DNA from: a virus
Virus record (IMG/VR): IMGVR_UViG_3300031857_011362
Coordinates: 32,001 to 96,000 of that record
Direction: 5' to 3' (one strand)
DNA length: 64,000 nt
A program made the position numbers and the translations under genes. This document shows, one piece after another, positions 38,577 to 48,220 of this stretch. How positions within the stretch are numbered: position 1 is the first letter of the stretch; every line of letters starts with the position of its first letter. The notes below the pieces were generated by a model. The model saw nothing but the letters and a program-made list of their open reading frames with translations, searched no databases and was not told where the DNA came from.

Positions 38577-39660
38577 ATTCTCTGAGTTAAAAACTTTGCA
38601 CATAGAGCTAACATCACGTTGTCAAGCTAGTTGCCCTATGTGTGCAAGAAACTATCATTCGGGACAAGAAAATACAAACTTACCTTTAGATGAAATTTCC
38701 GTAGATGATTTCAAAAGTATAGTTAATACAGAAGTGCTTTCTCAAATAGAATACATTTATTTTTGTGGTAACTACGGAGATCCGATAATATCTAACAACT
38801 TATTAGAGATAGTCTCTTATTGCAAAAGTCAGAAAGAAAACATCAAGTTAGGAATACACACTAATGGTAGTGCAAGAACACCTGACTGGTGGAGTAAATT
38901 AGCAACGATATTGCCAACGGAACACAGTGTGCATTTTGCCTTAGATGGACTTGCTGACACTCATCACTTATACAGAGTAGGTACTAGCTTTGATAAAATT
39001 TTAGAAAATGCTAAGGCATTTATATCTGCAGGTGGACGTGCTGAATGGGTTTTCTTATCCTTCAAGCATAACGAACATCAAGTTGAAACAGCCAGACAGA
39101 TGGCAAAAGATTTAGGGTTTGAAAAATTTACTCATAAAGCAACTAGTAGATTTTTAGAAAAGCCGTGGTTAGATGTTATGAATGCGCAGGGTGAAGTATT
39201 ATATAAAATTGAACCACCATCTGAGCATAAGATAACTTTCATACACCCTGATATTATCAAGTCTTATAAAAAGGTAGTCGAGACGGCATCCATCAACTGC
39301 AAAGCAATAAATACTAAATCATTGTATATTGATGCATTTAAGAATTTATGGCCCTGTTGTTGGATAGGAATGATACCGTATACTTATAGTAAGCCTGCAG
39401 ATATTGTACATGAATATCAAACTGAACAGGCTAATGTTATTAATGAACTAGTAACATCTATTGGGGGTTATGATTCAATAGACCTTCTTAAAAATTCAGT
39501 GAAGACAATTTTAGAAAACCCTGATTGGTCAACCGTGTGGGAGAAGTATTGGAATACACATAGTCTAGCAACATGCGCTAAGATATGTGGTACATTCCCA
39601 GAAAAAATAATCACACAATATGACGAACAATTTATCAAAGTAGAATCATTTAATGAGTAA
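38569..39660 (+). CDS. Radical SAM protein with C-terminal Twitch/SPASM-like domain
   Basis: CQASCPMC; C-terminal C..PCC..C...C. Confidence 0.9.
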   Translation: MFKFSELKTLHIELTSRCQASCPMCARNYHSGQENTNLPLDEISVDDFKSIVNTEVLSQIEYIYFCGNYGDPIISNNLLEIVSYCKSQKENIKLGIHTNGSARTPDWWSKLATILPTEHSVHFALDGLADTHHLYRVGTSFDKILENAKAFISAGGRAEWVFLSFKHNEHQVETARQMAKDLGFEKFTHKATSRFLEKPWLDVMNAQGEVLYKIEPPSEHKITFIHPDIIKSYKKVVETASINCKAINTKSLYIDAFKNLWPCCWIGMIPYTYSKPADIVHEYQTEQANVINELVTSIGGYDSIDLLKNSVKTILENPDWSTVWEKYWNTHSLATCAKICGTFPEKIITQYDEQFIKVESFNE

Positions 39661-41065
39661 CATATATTGGCTACAACCAGAAGATAACCTGTTAGGTAAA
39701 TGGCAACGCAAAGTCGCAGACATATCAGGCAGCAATACCTTTTGTATCCTGCCCTGGATTCATTTTGCCACACGACCTAACGGCGATATGAGGCTGTGCT
39801 GTGGTTCTAATTCTAGTGGTGCAGGGTCAGACCATGAGATTGGATTAGTAAAGAATGAGGCCGGATCTCCTGCTAACTTTGGCAGCGAGACTCCCATGAG
39901 TGCATGGAACAATAGCTATATGCGTTCTGTTAGAACAACAATGCTTAACGGTGAGATTCCTAGAAGCTGTACCAAATGCTTTGATGAAGAATCAAACGGT
40001 GTGGCTAGCAAGAGAATGTGGGAGTCTGGTACATGGATACAAGATGGTCTGGATGTTAAAGAACTTATCAAGCAAACAGAAGAAGACGGAACAGTTCCTG
40101 AAAAGCTATTATACTTAGACCTAAGATTAGGTCATAACTGTAATATCAAATGTATTATGTGTAGCCCGCATGATTCGAGTAGATGGGTACAAGATTACAA
40201 AAAAGTGTTTCCTATACTTAAGTCACCTGAAATTAAATCTCAACTGAGTTGGAATGAAGAATCATTCAATAACAAGTGGCACGAAAATCCAGACTTTTGG
40301 AAAGAGATGTATGCGCAAATCCCTAACTTAAAGCAAGTATATTTTGCTGGTGGCGAACCTCTAATGATTAAAGAGCATAAGTTGTTCTTAGAGGAAATTG
40401 TTCGTCAAGGTTATGCTGATAAGATTCTAATTAGATACAACTCTAATGGATTGTTACTAGATGATAGCATTATTAAACTGTGGGAGAAGTTTAGAAAAGT
40501 TAAGTTTGCATGTAGTCAGGATATGTTTGGAGACAGAAACCACTATATCAGATACCCAACAGAGTGGGACATTGTGGAAGAGAAGCTAGATATACTAGAT
40601 AACACACAGGACAACATTGAAGTAAGCATTGCTACCGCGATACAAATTTTAAACGTCAAGAAACTACCCGAGTTTGCTAAGTGGAAGATTCAAAAGAATT
40701 TTAAGAAAATAAACAAAGCAACTGTCATGGACGAGTCTGATGCAGGTGGTGGAATCTTTAACATGCATTTTGTTTATATCCCCACGTTTCTAAGTGTCAA
40801 AATATTGCCCGAAAAAGACAAGCAAGAAGTAAGAGAAATCTACTCAGAGTTTAAGACTTGGCTGTGGGATAACTATAGACAAGACGATAACTTTTGGCAT
40901 CATAACCCATATGGATGGAAACGTTGGCAAGCTGTATTGGATTTTATGGACAGTGAAGACCATACTCATTTACTGCCGGCGTTCAAAGAGTATATAGAGA
41001 CTATGGACAGTGTTAGGGGGAATAGTTTCAAAGAAACGTTCCCTGAGTTAAGTCACTTGATTTAA
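39653..41065 (+). CDS. Radical SAM protein with N-terminal Twitch-like domain
   Basis: FCILPW..LCC..CTKCF; CNIKCIMC; FAGGEP. Confidence 0.92.
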   Translation: MSNIYWLQPEDNLLGKWQRKVADISGSNTFCILPWIHFATRPNGDMRLCCGSNSSGAGSDHEIGLVKNEAGSPANFGSETPMSAWNNSYMRSVRTTMLNGEIPRSCTKCFDEESNGVASKRMWESGTWIQDGLDVKELIKQTEEDGTVPEKLLYLDLRLGHNCNIKCIMCSPHDSSRWVQDYKKVFPILKSPEIKSQLSWNEESFNNKWHENPDFWKEMYAQIPNLKQVYFAGGEPLMIKEHKLFLEEIVRQGYADKILIRYNSNGLLLDDSIIKLWEKFRKVKFACSQDMFGDRNHYIRYPTEWDIVEEKLDILDNTQDNIEVSIATAIQILNVKKLPEFAKWKIQKNFKKINKATVMDESDAGGGIFNMHFVYIPTFLSVKILPEKDKQEVREIYSEFKTWLWDNYRQDDNFWHHNPYGWKRWQAVLDFMDSEDHTHLLPAFKEYIETMDSVRGNSFKETFPELSHLI

Positions 41066-41950
41066 CTTTGTCAATGGTATATCTGCCGCGCACGTACAGT
41101 AATTCCTATCACAGATAACGGGCCCGGTGGGTATAACGAACGAGTTGGTATATATATTTCCTAATGTTCCACCAACTCTACACGTAGCCCGATGTACGTC
41201 ACCGTCCCAGTTAATCATTAAACTTTCTAATCCTGCATTGCAATGCCAACCTTTATATTGATTTAAATGCTTTTTAATCACATCATTGGCATGCATCATT
41301 AGTTCACGGTCCTTGTATATCAATACAGTATTAGGTTCTACTGTACTACTCTTACTCAGTATCCAATCTAAGTCGTTTTGGTCATACTTCATATCATCAA
41401 ACAAATCGTGGTCACCTTCAGTCCAACGTATCCTACGTATACCGTGATTAATAGTATGGTGCTCTAATAAGCCCGCCGCCGTCTTTACTTCTCGCATATG
41501 ATTATGATGAGCCATAACATTAACTAACACGTGAGTGTGCATAACAGTTTCATGGACAGCTTTGATAGTGTATAATACATTTAACCAATCATATTCAAAG
41601 TGTAGTGAGAACACCCATTGGTCTACTTGCTGAGATGTATACCAGCTATCCTTTCTAGTTCCATTAGTAGTAATACTAAGCCAAAAGCCCTTACTCTTAA
41701 TATATGCTATGAGTTCTTCTATACGAGGATGTACGCATGGTTCACCACCAGTTAAACTTAAGCGAATAGGTTTTTCTAAGTCACATAATCTATCTACAGT
41801 TGCCTTAAGTAGTTCAATATCGGTATGGGGACTAGAATTATCGTGTATAACTGACGGACAATAACTACAGTCATAGTTACAGCGTTTCCCTATGTTCCAT
41901 TCAATCTTAATACTGTCCTGATGATTCCATCGACTTTTAACTTTATGCAT
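41048..41950 (-). CDS. Radical SAM protein
   Basis: CNYDCSYC, LTGGEP, C-terminal CNAG..C..C..C.C.AD. Confidence 0.92.
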   Translation of the reverse strand: MHKVKSRWNHQDSIKIEWNIGKRCNYDCSYCPSVIHDNSSPHTDIELLKATVDRLCDLEKPIRLSLTGGEPCVHPRIEELIAYIKSKGFWLSITTNGTRKDSWYTSQQVDQWVFSLHFEYDWLNVLYTIKAVHETVMHTHVLVNVMAHHNHMREVKTAAGLLEHHTINHGIRRIRWTEGDHDLFDDMKYDQNDLDWILSKSSTVEPNTVLIYKDRELMMHANDVIKKHLNQYKGWHCNAGLESLMINWDGDVHRATCRVGGTLGNIYTNSFVIPTGPVICDRNYCTCAADIPLTKLNQVT

Positions 41951-43196
41951 AGGGCTTAAACTCTGGAATCACTGTTAATAAACTTTGGTTACGACTACTA
42001 TCTAGTTCATAGTTAAATGATAAAAAATCTTGCCACAAGTGATGTTGATCCTTTGCACGTAAGTAATTGATATTGTCTTTTATCTGTTGCTGTGTTACCT
42101 TTTCTAGTATGGGGTGCTTAACAACATTACTAAATGTGTGGACTTTTTTACTGACTGTTTCAAGACGTTGTATAGCTAATTCTTTGAGTTCATGTGGTAA
42201 CACTTGTGCTGAAAGACAATTGGGATAGCTGACACGATGACTATAGAACACAATATTCATCTTATTGATAAAATAGTCAATGCATTCAGCTGCCTGCAGT
42301 ATATTACCTGCTTGTGCTGTAAACGCACCCACTACACGACTTACATTGGTTATTGTTTGAATTTCTTTTATATTTCTTTCTACCTCAGTAAAGTCACCGT
42401 TGCCTCTTATGTAGTCATACACATCGTTGATTCCATCTAGACTAACATTAACTGCAATGCTTCTAAAGTGTGGCCAATAATCATGTATTGTGCGTCCCTT
42501 ACTGATACCAAGTGTGGTCCCGTTAGTAGCATATTTGAGTTCAATGTTTTTACCATATGGTTTTAACATGTCTAGTATCTTATAATGTTGCGGGTCCATT
42601 AATGGCTCACCACCTGCAAATTCTACTCGCCTAAAGTGTGGTAGTAATTTTTCAAAGCTAGCCCACCAGTTGTCAGTGTCATCAAATGCACCTATATACT
42701 TGCCGGGCTTGTTTACCAATGATTCAATTGTGGGTACTAAAAAGTTATTTTCTTTTTTATAAAAGGGTACAACTTTATCCCAATCCGTCCAATTAGTGCT
42801 ATCTAATGGATTGCACATGCGACATTTCAAGTTGCATAGATTGTTAAGTTTAATTTCCATCGTAGGAAATGTGAAGGGCAGTATTTCTTGTAGAGGCGTA
42901 TCTGGATACAAGTTGATTCGTGCTTCGGGAATGACTCCATTAATATGTCGCTGACGTAGACTTTCTACGCCCTGATCTTCTAAATCAAAGCAAGGCTTGC
43001 ATACCTCAGGACGTTCTCCACACAGTACTTGCCTACGAACAAGTTGCATTGTATCATTATTCCAAATTTCTTCTAGTGTGTTATCTGCTATATTACCAAT
43101 TGGTGCACTACGACAACAGACTTTAACTGCCCCATCTTCACGTGTAGCTAGCCCGGTAAAAGGATGCATACAAAACGTTTTACTTTGATTGTTCAA
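41943..43196 (-). CDS. Radical SAM protein with N-terminal Twitch-like domain
   Basis: FCMHPF..VCC..CKPCF; CNLKCRMC; FAGGEP; start inferred at TTG 43196. Confidence 0.9.
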   Translation of the reverse strand: MNNQSKTFCMHPFTGLATREDGAVKVCCRSAPIGNIADNTLEEIWNNDTMQLVRRQVLCGERPEVCKPCFDLEDQGVESLRQRHINGVIPEARINLYPDTPLQEILPFTFPTMEIKLNNLCNLKCRMCNPLDSTNWTDWDKVVPFYKKENNFLVPTIESLVNKPGKYIGAFDDTDNWWASFEKLLPHFRRVEFAGGEPLMDPQHYKILDMLKPYGKNIELKYATNGTTLGISKGRTIHDYWPHFRSIAVNVSLDGINDVYDYIRGNGDFTEVERNIKEIQTITNVSRVVGAFTAQAGNILQAAECIDYFINKMNIVFYSHRVSYPNCLSAQVLPHELKELAIQRLETVSKKVHTFSNVVKHPILEKVTQQQIKDNINYLRAKDQHHLWQDFLSFNYELDSSRNQSLLTVIPEFKPYA

Positions 43197-43881
43197 TTGC
43201 CCACTCTCTTTCCTTACACCAAAAACATGTATTACACAACGGAACATATTGTCCTGTTATGTAATTTTTATAATTTAAATCGTCAAACACGCCTTCACAA
43301 CTTCTAGTTAGTTCAAACAGTTCTAGTAAGTTTTGCTTTCTATACTCAGTTAGTATTTCTTTCTTTTCTAAGAATCTAAAAGGATGAATGGCAAGTTTAC
43401 CCATATGAGTAGTATACTCTAAATGCTTATTGTACTCCGTGGGGTCAATGTCTCTAGTATGCATCCCGTCAAATTCTACAGCTTTTGGATTTCGTGTCAC
43501 CGCGTTATAATATACGTCAATGTCATGTGAATAGCATATGTATTCAGCAAAAGAACGTAACTCAATATTATCGCCGCTGACTGTCTTTCCATATTCGTCA
43601 GTTAGAGTGGGTCCTAAGGCTCCCCACTCCATTTCTGGCGGGATAAAGTTTTCATGCCTAAACATCTTAACGTTAGGAAACTTAATCTGTAACCAATTAT
43701 ATATACCAAGAGCATCATTTCTTTGCCAGGGCTTTGTTTTCCAGCATCTGACATGTGATATTATATGTAGTTCTTGATTGGTTATTTGCTGACATATGAG
43801 AAATGCTAGCAATGCACTATCGGCACCACCACTTAGACTAATAGATATCTTGTTCCAACTATTATCAAAGTGAATATTCAT
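43180..43881 (-). CDS. QueC-like PP-loop ATPase
   Basis: LSGGADS PP-loop; TRSC..CNTCFWCKER Zn-binding tail as in the QueC family. Confidence 0.7.
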   Translation of the reverse strand: MNIHFDNSWNKISISLSGGADSALLAFLICQQITNQELHIISHVRCWKTKPWQRNDALGIYNWLQIKFPNVKMFRHENFIPPEMEWGALGPTLTDEYGKTVSGDNIELRSFAEYICYSHDIDVYYNAVTRNPKAVEFDGMHTRDIDPTEYNKHLEYTTHMGKLAIHPFRFLEKKEILTEYRKQNLLELFELTRSCEGVFDDLNYKNYITGQYVPLCNTCFWCKEREWAIEQSK

Positions 43882-43886
43882 GTATA

Positions 43887-43918
43887 TATTTATTAGCTAC
43901 CTTACAGTCTTATAAATA
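43887..43918. promoter_or_regulatory. Back-to-back divergent late promoter boxes
   Basis: TATTTA 43887-92 (minus-strand TAAATA, 5 nt from ATG); TATAAATA 43911-18 on plus. Confidence 0.7.
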
Positions 43919-43920
43919 AT

Positions 43921-44607
43921 ATGATGCTTAAAGAATTAAATCACACTGTACCAAAAGATATTCTAGATAAAGCCATGGCAGAATTTTCTTATAGTGACTT
44001 TAAGACACCTATTAATGAGCCCACTGGTAACTTTTTCTATAGTCCATGGACTATTAGACCAGAGTTTAAAGATACTGTATGGGAATATATCTTACAAACT
44101 CTGCCCTATTCAATTGGGGAAGCAAGATTAATAAACTTAAAATACGGAACATGCTATCAAAGTCATGCTGATATAGATGATAGATATCATTTAAACATAC
44201 AGGGTGACATTTCTGCACTGATTAATTTAGAGACAAACACAATGTATCCTGTAACTACAGATGGTAAATGGTACGAAATGGATGCGTCAAATAGACACAG
44301 CGCCGCAAACTTTGGATATGTAGAAAGAATACAGTTGGTAGTTAGAAAGCTGTTAAACAAGAATGATATATCAAATCCAACAATGATTGTTATAAAGAGT
44401 AAAACGGATAATGAATTTAGCAATAGATTTCTATTCGATAATCAGATAAGCGGAGTTCTCAACAGCTACAACAAAAACAATATTATTACAGATTTCAATC
44501 CTACTAGCAAAGAAGTCAGACTCTGTATTAATTCAGATTACATTAGTGAATTAGAATCTAAAATGTCTGAAAACTTCTATATAGAACATATCAAGGAACA
44601 ACAATGA
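43921..44607 (+). CDS. Asp/Asn beta-hydroxylase-like 2OG-Fe(II) oxygenase
   Basis: YQSHAD..RYHL..HSAAN..RIQLV (HxD...H). Confidence 0.65.
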   Translation: MMLKELNHTVPKDILDKAMAEFSYSDFKTPINEPTGNFFYSPWTIRPEFKDTVWEYILQTLPYSIGEARLINLKYGTCYQSHADIDDRYHLNIQGDISALINLETNTMYPVTTDGKWYEMDASNRHSAANFGYVERIQLVVRKLLNKNDISNPTMIVIKSKTDNEFSNRFLFDNQISGVLNSYNKNNIITDFNPTSKEVRLCINSDYISELESKMSENFYIEHIKEQQ

Positions 44608-45296
44608 TTAACAATACCGGATGGGAATATATTTACAAATTAACGAACGGCTACCCCTGTTCTACTAATGTACTATATACTCCTACTACGAATGCACAAC
44701 GTGACCGAATGTGTATGCACTTTTCCACATATTCTCCTGAATATATGACTGGTAGTTGCGTACCACGATCAGATGAGCTTATGGACTCATTCTTTCAACG
44801 TGAATTAAAGTATTTAAGTCTATTTCAGGGTCAAGCCTGGTGTCCTGAAATATATGAAGTTGATGCAACTGAGAGAAAGATTCTAGTAGAGTTTAATGGC
44901 GAAAGTTTAAACTGGCCTGTATATACTGAGGGTAGAGATTTAAATCATGAATTCCCGTCATGGAAAGAAGACTTGTACAATATTATTAAAAGTATTCATG
45001 ATTTGGGTTATCATAAGGCATCTATATATCCCCATTGCTTCTTCTATACAAAGACTAACCAGCTTAAAATGGTAGACTATTATGCAACATTAGATAAAAA
45101 TGACACAAGAATGCATAAAAGCCTTATTGAGCCAATCATTGGTGTAGATAGTCAGCAACGTTTTATAGAAGTTAAAGACGGTGATTACTATGAAATGGCA
45201 GATCACTTTAAGAATTCAATGAAGACTTGGATTAAATGGCCGGACGATCCTTTACCAGAATTCTATGATAGAATTATTCAAGGAATTTCAACATGA
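44604..45296 (+). CDS. Protein-kinase-like fold protein (degenerate)
   Basis: FQRELKYL..PEIY..LVEF..YHKASIYP..KMVDYY; paralog of 50778. Confidence 0.55.
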   Translation: MINNTGWEYIYKLTNGYPCSTNVLYTPTTNAQRDRMCMHFSTYSPEYMTGSCVPRSDELMDSFFQRELKYLSLFQGQAWCPEIYEVDATERKILVEFNGESLNWPVYTEGRDLNHEFPSWKEDLYNIIKSIHDLGYHKASIYPHCFFYTKTNQLKMVDYYATLDKNDTRMHKSLIEPIIGVDSQQRFIEVKDGDYYEMADHFKNSMKTWIKWPDDPLPEFYDRIIQGIST

Positions 45297-45844
45297 CACC
45301 AGTTAATGCAGAATATATAACAGTCGATGTACCCTTTGACTGGGCTAGTATATTAGACAGTTTAAAAGATAAAGAGGGTGTTGACATAACACCTGATCCT
45401 AGCATTTGGAGAATGGAAGTTCCTGCATACACTGAGATATTAAATATCTGGAAAGATGCAAATTACAAACTTGATTCTGTCAAATGGACTAACTATTACC
45501 CGGGCGAACATTACGATACGGGCGATATTGACGAAACACTATGTAAGATACTTAATGTACAATTAAGACGTAGTTGGATAAGTAGAATTGATCCGGGTTA
45601 TTCAGCACCCTGGCATTGGGATGTTGAAGATGACCCGGAAGAAGTGGGTGATGCACTACGATATACTGTATTCTTGGGAGACGCTAAATTAGGACATATC
45701 TTTATATTAGGTGAAGAAGATTACTTTTTCAATGTTAAACACGGAACAATGATTAAGTGGAATAGATATGATGAGTGGCATATAGGAATGAATGCAGGAT
45801 TAGTTCCTAAATATATGTATCACCTTAAAGCTAAACGTCTTTAA
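45293..45844 (+). CDS. 2OG-Fe(II)/cupin oxygenase
   Basis: IDPG..PWHWD..WHIGMN. Confidence 0.7.
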   Translation: MTPVNAEYITVDVPFDWASILDSLKDKEGVDITPDPSIWRMEVPAYTEILNIWKDANYKLDSVKWTNYYPGEHYDTGDIDETLCKILNVQLRRSWISRIDPGYSAPWHWDVEDDPEEVGDALRYTVFLGDAKLGHIFILGEEDYFFNVKHGTMIKWNRYDEWHIGMNAGLVPKYMYHLKAKRL

Positions 45845-46382
45845 GCATTCTCCACTTGCTTAATCTATTGTTATTTACTTTATCTACATAAATTAAAGGT
45901 ATATCAATATTAGACTCAATGATGAATTTAATTGTTTCAACAATATCATCGGGGTCTATTTTGACATCTTCTTCTACTCCAAATCTTTGAAACCCGCTGG
46001 TTATTAAGTGTGTAGTTTTTATATGTTCGCTAGCTAATTCTAAGCTAGCATTTCTTATAGACAGTTTTTCATTACCAGTCACTGGATCAAGGTGTTTCCA
46101 CTCGTCAAATTCTAATATAGTTCCTATACTAATGATATGTCCGTTGTCTAATATACTAGCAACATCACGTAATGCTCTTTCTTGAAACCCCAATTCAATC
46201 TGTGAATGATTAATAAACACATTAAATTCTTTAACTATATTAAGAAATCTATTATATCCTTCAACTGTTTTTAAATCATACCCCGTAGTTCTACTGATAA
46301 ACACTGTGTCAGGGTAATACTTCAACAAACTTTTAGTGATGCCACCGTGATTAGGATCACCTGTGCATATAATCTTAGTCAT
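45831..46382 (-). CDS. Short-chain dehydrogenase-like Rossmann protein
   Basis: KIICTG..GI..L..SR..GYDL..FINHS..IISIG. Confidence 0.65.
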   Translation of the reverse strand: MTKIICTGDPNHGGITKSLLKYYPDTVFISRTTGYDLKTVEGYNRFLNIVKEFNVFINHSQIELGFQERALRDVASILDNGHIISIGTILEFDEWKHLDPVTGNEKLSIRNASLELASEHIKTTHLITSGFQRFGVEEDVKIDPDDIVETIKFIIESNIDIPLIYVDKVNNNRLSKWRMLKDV

Positions 46383-46899
46383 ATAATGTAATTTGCAAGG
46401 TATATCTTACTGTATAGCTAATGTTAACACACCCGTGAATGCATTCAGGGTCACTCCATTCAAAGATATCACCTGCTTTATAGTTAGTTGCTAGAAAGTC
46501 ATCAAACATGAATATATGCCCGGGTACATAGTCTTGTAAAAACATAGAATAACGTACAGGGTTCTTTACGCCTATTAAATGAGGATCAATGTGCATAGTT
46601 TGCATTTGTCCGGGTAATAATTTGATAAACCACCAGTGCATATGAGTTCTAGACTCGGGTACTATAGGCATAGTAACCGGGAAGTCTTGCATATCTTTGC
46701 TTCTAGAATTAAATTGTTGGAAATACGGAGTGCTAGTTTCAAAGAAAGGTCTAGCAGTTTCTCTGAATATATCTAGTGTTGGGTGCCCCGTCCATCTTTC
46801 AGGTTGCCATACGGGAATTGTATCACCCTTTTTATCTGCTAGATGATTCATTAAATCACTGGTTATCCAGGCTTTATCATTGTTAACGTAATTGAACAT
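46375..46899 (-). CDS. 2OG-Fe(II)/cupin oxygenase
   Basis: LLPGQ..MHID..IHGCVN..RYTLQ. Confidence 0.7.
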   Translation of the reverse strand: MFNYVNNDKAWITSDLMNHLADKKGDTIPVWQPERWTGHPTLDIFRETARPFFETSTPYFQQFNSRSKDMQDFPVTMPIVPESRTHMHWWFIKLLPGQMQTMHIDPHLIGVKNPVRYSMFLQDYVPGHIFMFDDFLATNYKAGDIFEWSDPECIHGCVNISYTVRYTLQITLYD

Positions 46900-47408
46900 T
46901 ATGTGTAATATTGAAAATTTAGTGTATAGCGTGGAATGCCCATACTTATATTAAATGCACCATGACGGTCGGACTCGTTAGTATACTCAAACACATCGCC
47001 CGCTTTATAGTCTTTGATAAAATCATGTTCTATGATAAAAATATGTCCTTCAACATAGTCTTGTAACGGCATCCAAAATCGTCTAACAGTCATATCTGCT
47101 AAGTGATTCTGCGGTGCATGGTCTTTGTGAAACGGTATGAAATTGCCACAACCCATCTTAACAAACCACCAATCAGTGTGTTCACTTAGACCTAGTGGTG
47201 GTGTTAGTTTAAACGGAAAGCTACGACTCTCATAACTCTCCCAAAAGGTATCTTCTAGTTTATATCCATAACCTCTTAGCTTATCTAGTGGATTACCAGA
47301 TCCATACTCTTTTGGATCAATTCTAGGATGTTTCTCTCCGTTGTTATTACTTAGATAGTCTATCCACTGTGGATTAATCCAATCTTTAAAATTTCCTATA
47401 TATTCCAT
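46899..47408 (-). CDS. 2OG-Fe(II)/cupin oxygenase
   Basis: PFHKD..RHGAFN..RYTL; paralog of 46375. Confidence 0.7.
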   Translation of the reverse strand: MEYIGNFKDWINPQWIDYLSNNNGEKHPRIDPKEYGSGNPLDKLRGYGYKLEDTFWESYESRSFPFKLTPPLGLSEHTDWWFVKMGCGNFIPFHKDHAPQNHLADMTVRRFWMPLQDYVEGHIFIIEHDFIKDYKAGDVFEYTNESDRHGAFNISMGIPRYTLNFQYYT

Positions 47409-48220
47409 TAGTATGTCTCCAAATGATCTATGCCTAATTTTTTACGAAAGTCTTCAGTAAACTTACCGTCGATTCGTAGTCCATAACTCTGTTCCATAAT
47501 ACGCTCTCCGCCATGCCAGTCTGTATCATTCCACCAGGCTGCACGTGTATTCAAATATGTTTTATCTTTGTTCTCTGGATCCCATAGATAAAAGGCTTTC
47601 TTAGTGTTAGGGCGTACATGTATAAATTCATTACGATGTGGCTTAACTATATTAACTCCGTTCTTAGCATCTAAGTCTCTGTGTTCAAATGGGATACCAT
47701 CATGTTCACAGTGAAAGAATATAACACGACCAATGTCTTCAAACACTGGACCAACTAAACTCTCGACCCATTTGACTACGTTAGGAAAGTATTGAGCCTC
47801 AGGTGTAAGTTTGCGCACTGCTGTTCTATCATCCCATGAACCTTCTTCCCATAAATAGTAGTATATATACGGGTCATACGCACCCATACTCATTTTTAAG
47901 TATCGTGTAAATATGTTTCGTTCTTGGAAGTTTTTAAAGTCCTTAGGCATTACTTCTAATCCTGCAATTTTAATAGGGTCAGTGTCGGGTAGCTTCATAA
48001 ACTCTTGCATTGACTCGTAGATCGGTTTCCAATGAATCCTGTAGCTCATTTTCTCAAAGGTAAAGCCGGGTTCCATCCACGTTCCTTCTTTTGCAAACAT
48101 TCTTGCTTCTGCAAATCCTTTGTATATCTCTGGTTGCATTTTATCAAATGCATTCATATCTAGATATGAAGTCATATCGATATATGGTTGATTGTTAATA
48201 CCTTTAATCATAATTTCCAA
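47408..48220 (-). CDS. Putative 2OG-Fe(II) oxygenase
   Basis: EHRD..DWHGG..LRIDG. Confidence 0.55.
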   Translation of the reverse strand: MEIMIKGINNQPYIDMTSYLDMNAFDKMQPEIYKGFAEARMFAKEGTWMEPGFTFEKMSYRIHWKPIYESMQEFMKLPDTDPIKIAGLEVMPKDFKNFQERNIFTRYLKMSMGAYDPYIYYYLWEEGSWDDRTAVRKLTPEAQYFPNVVKWVESLVGPVFEDIGRVIFFHCEHDGIPFEHRDLDAKNGVNIVKPHRNEFIHVRPNTKKAFYLWDPENKDKTYLNTRAAWWNDTDWHGGERIMEQSYGLRIDGKFTEDFRKKLGIDHLETY

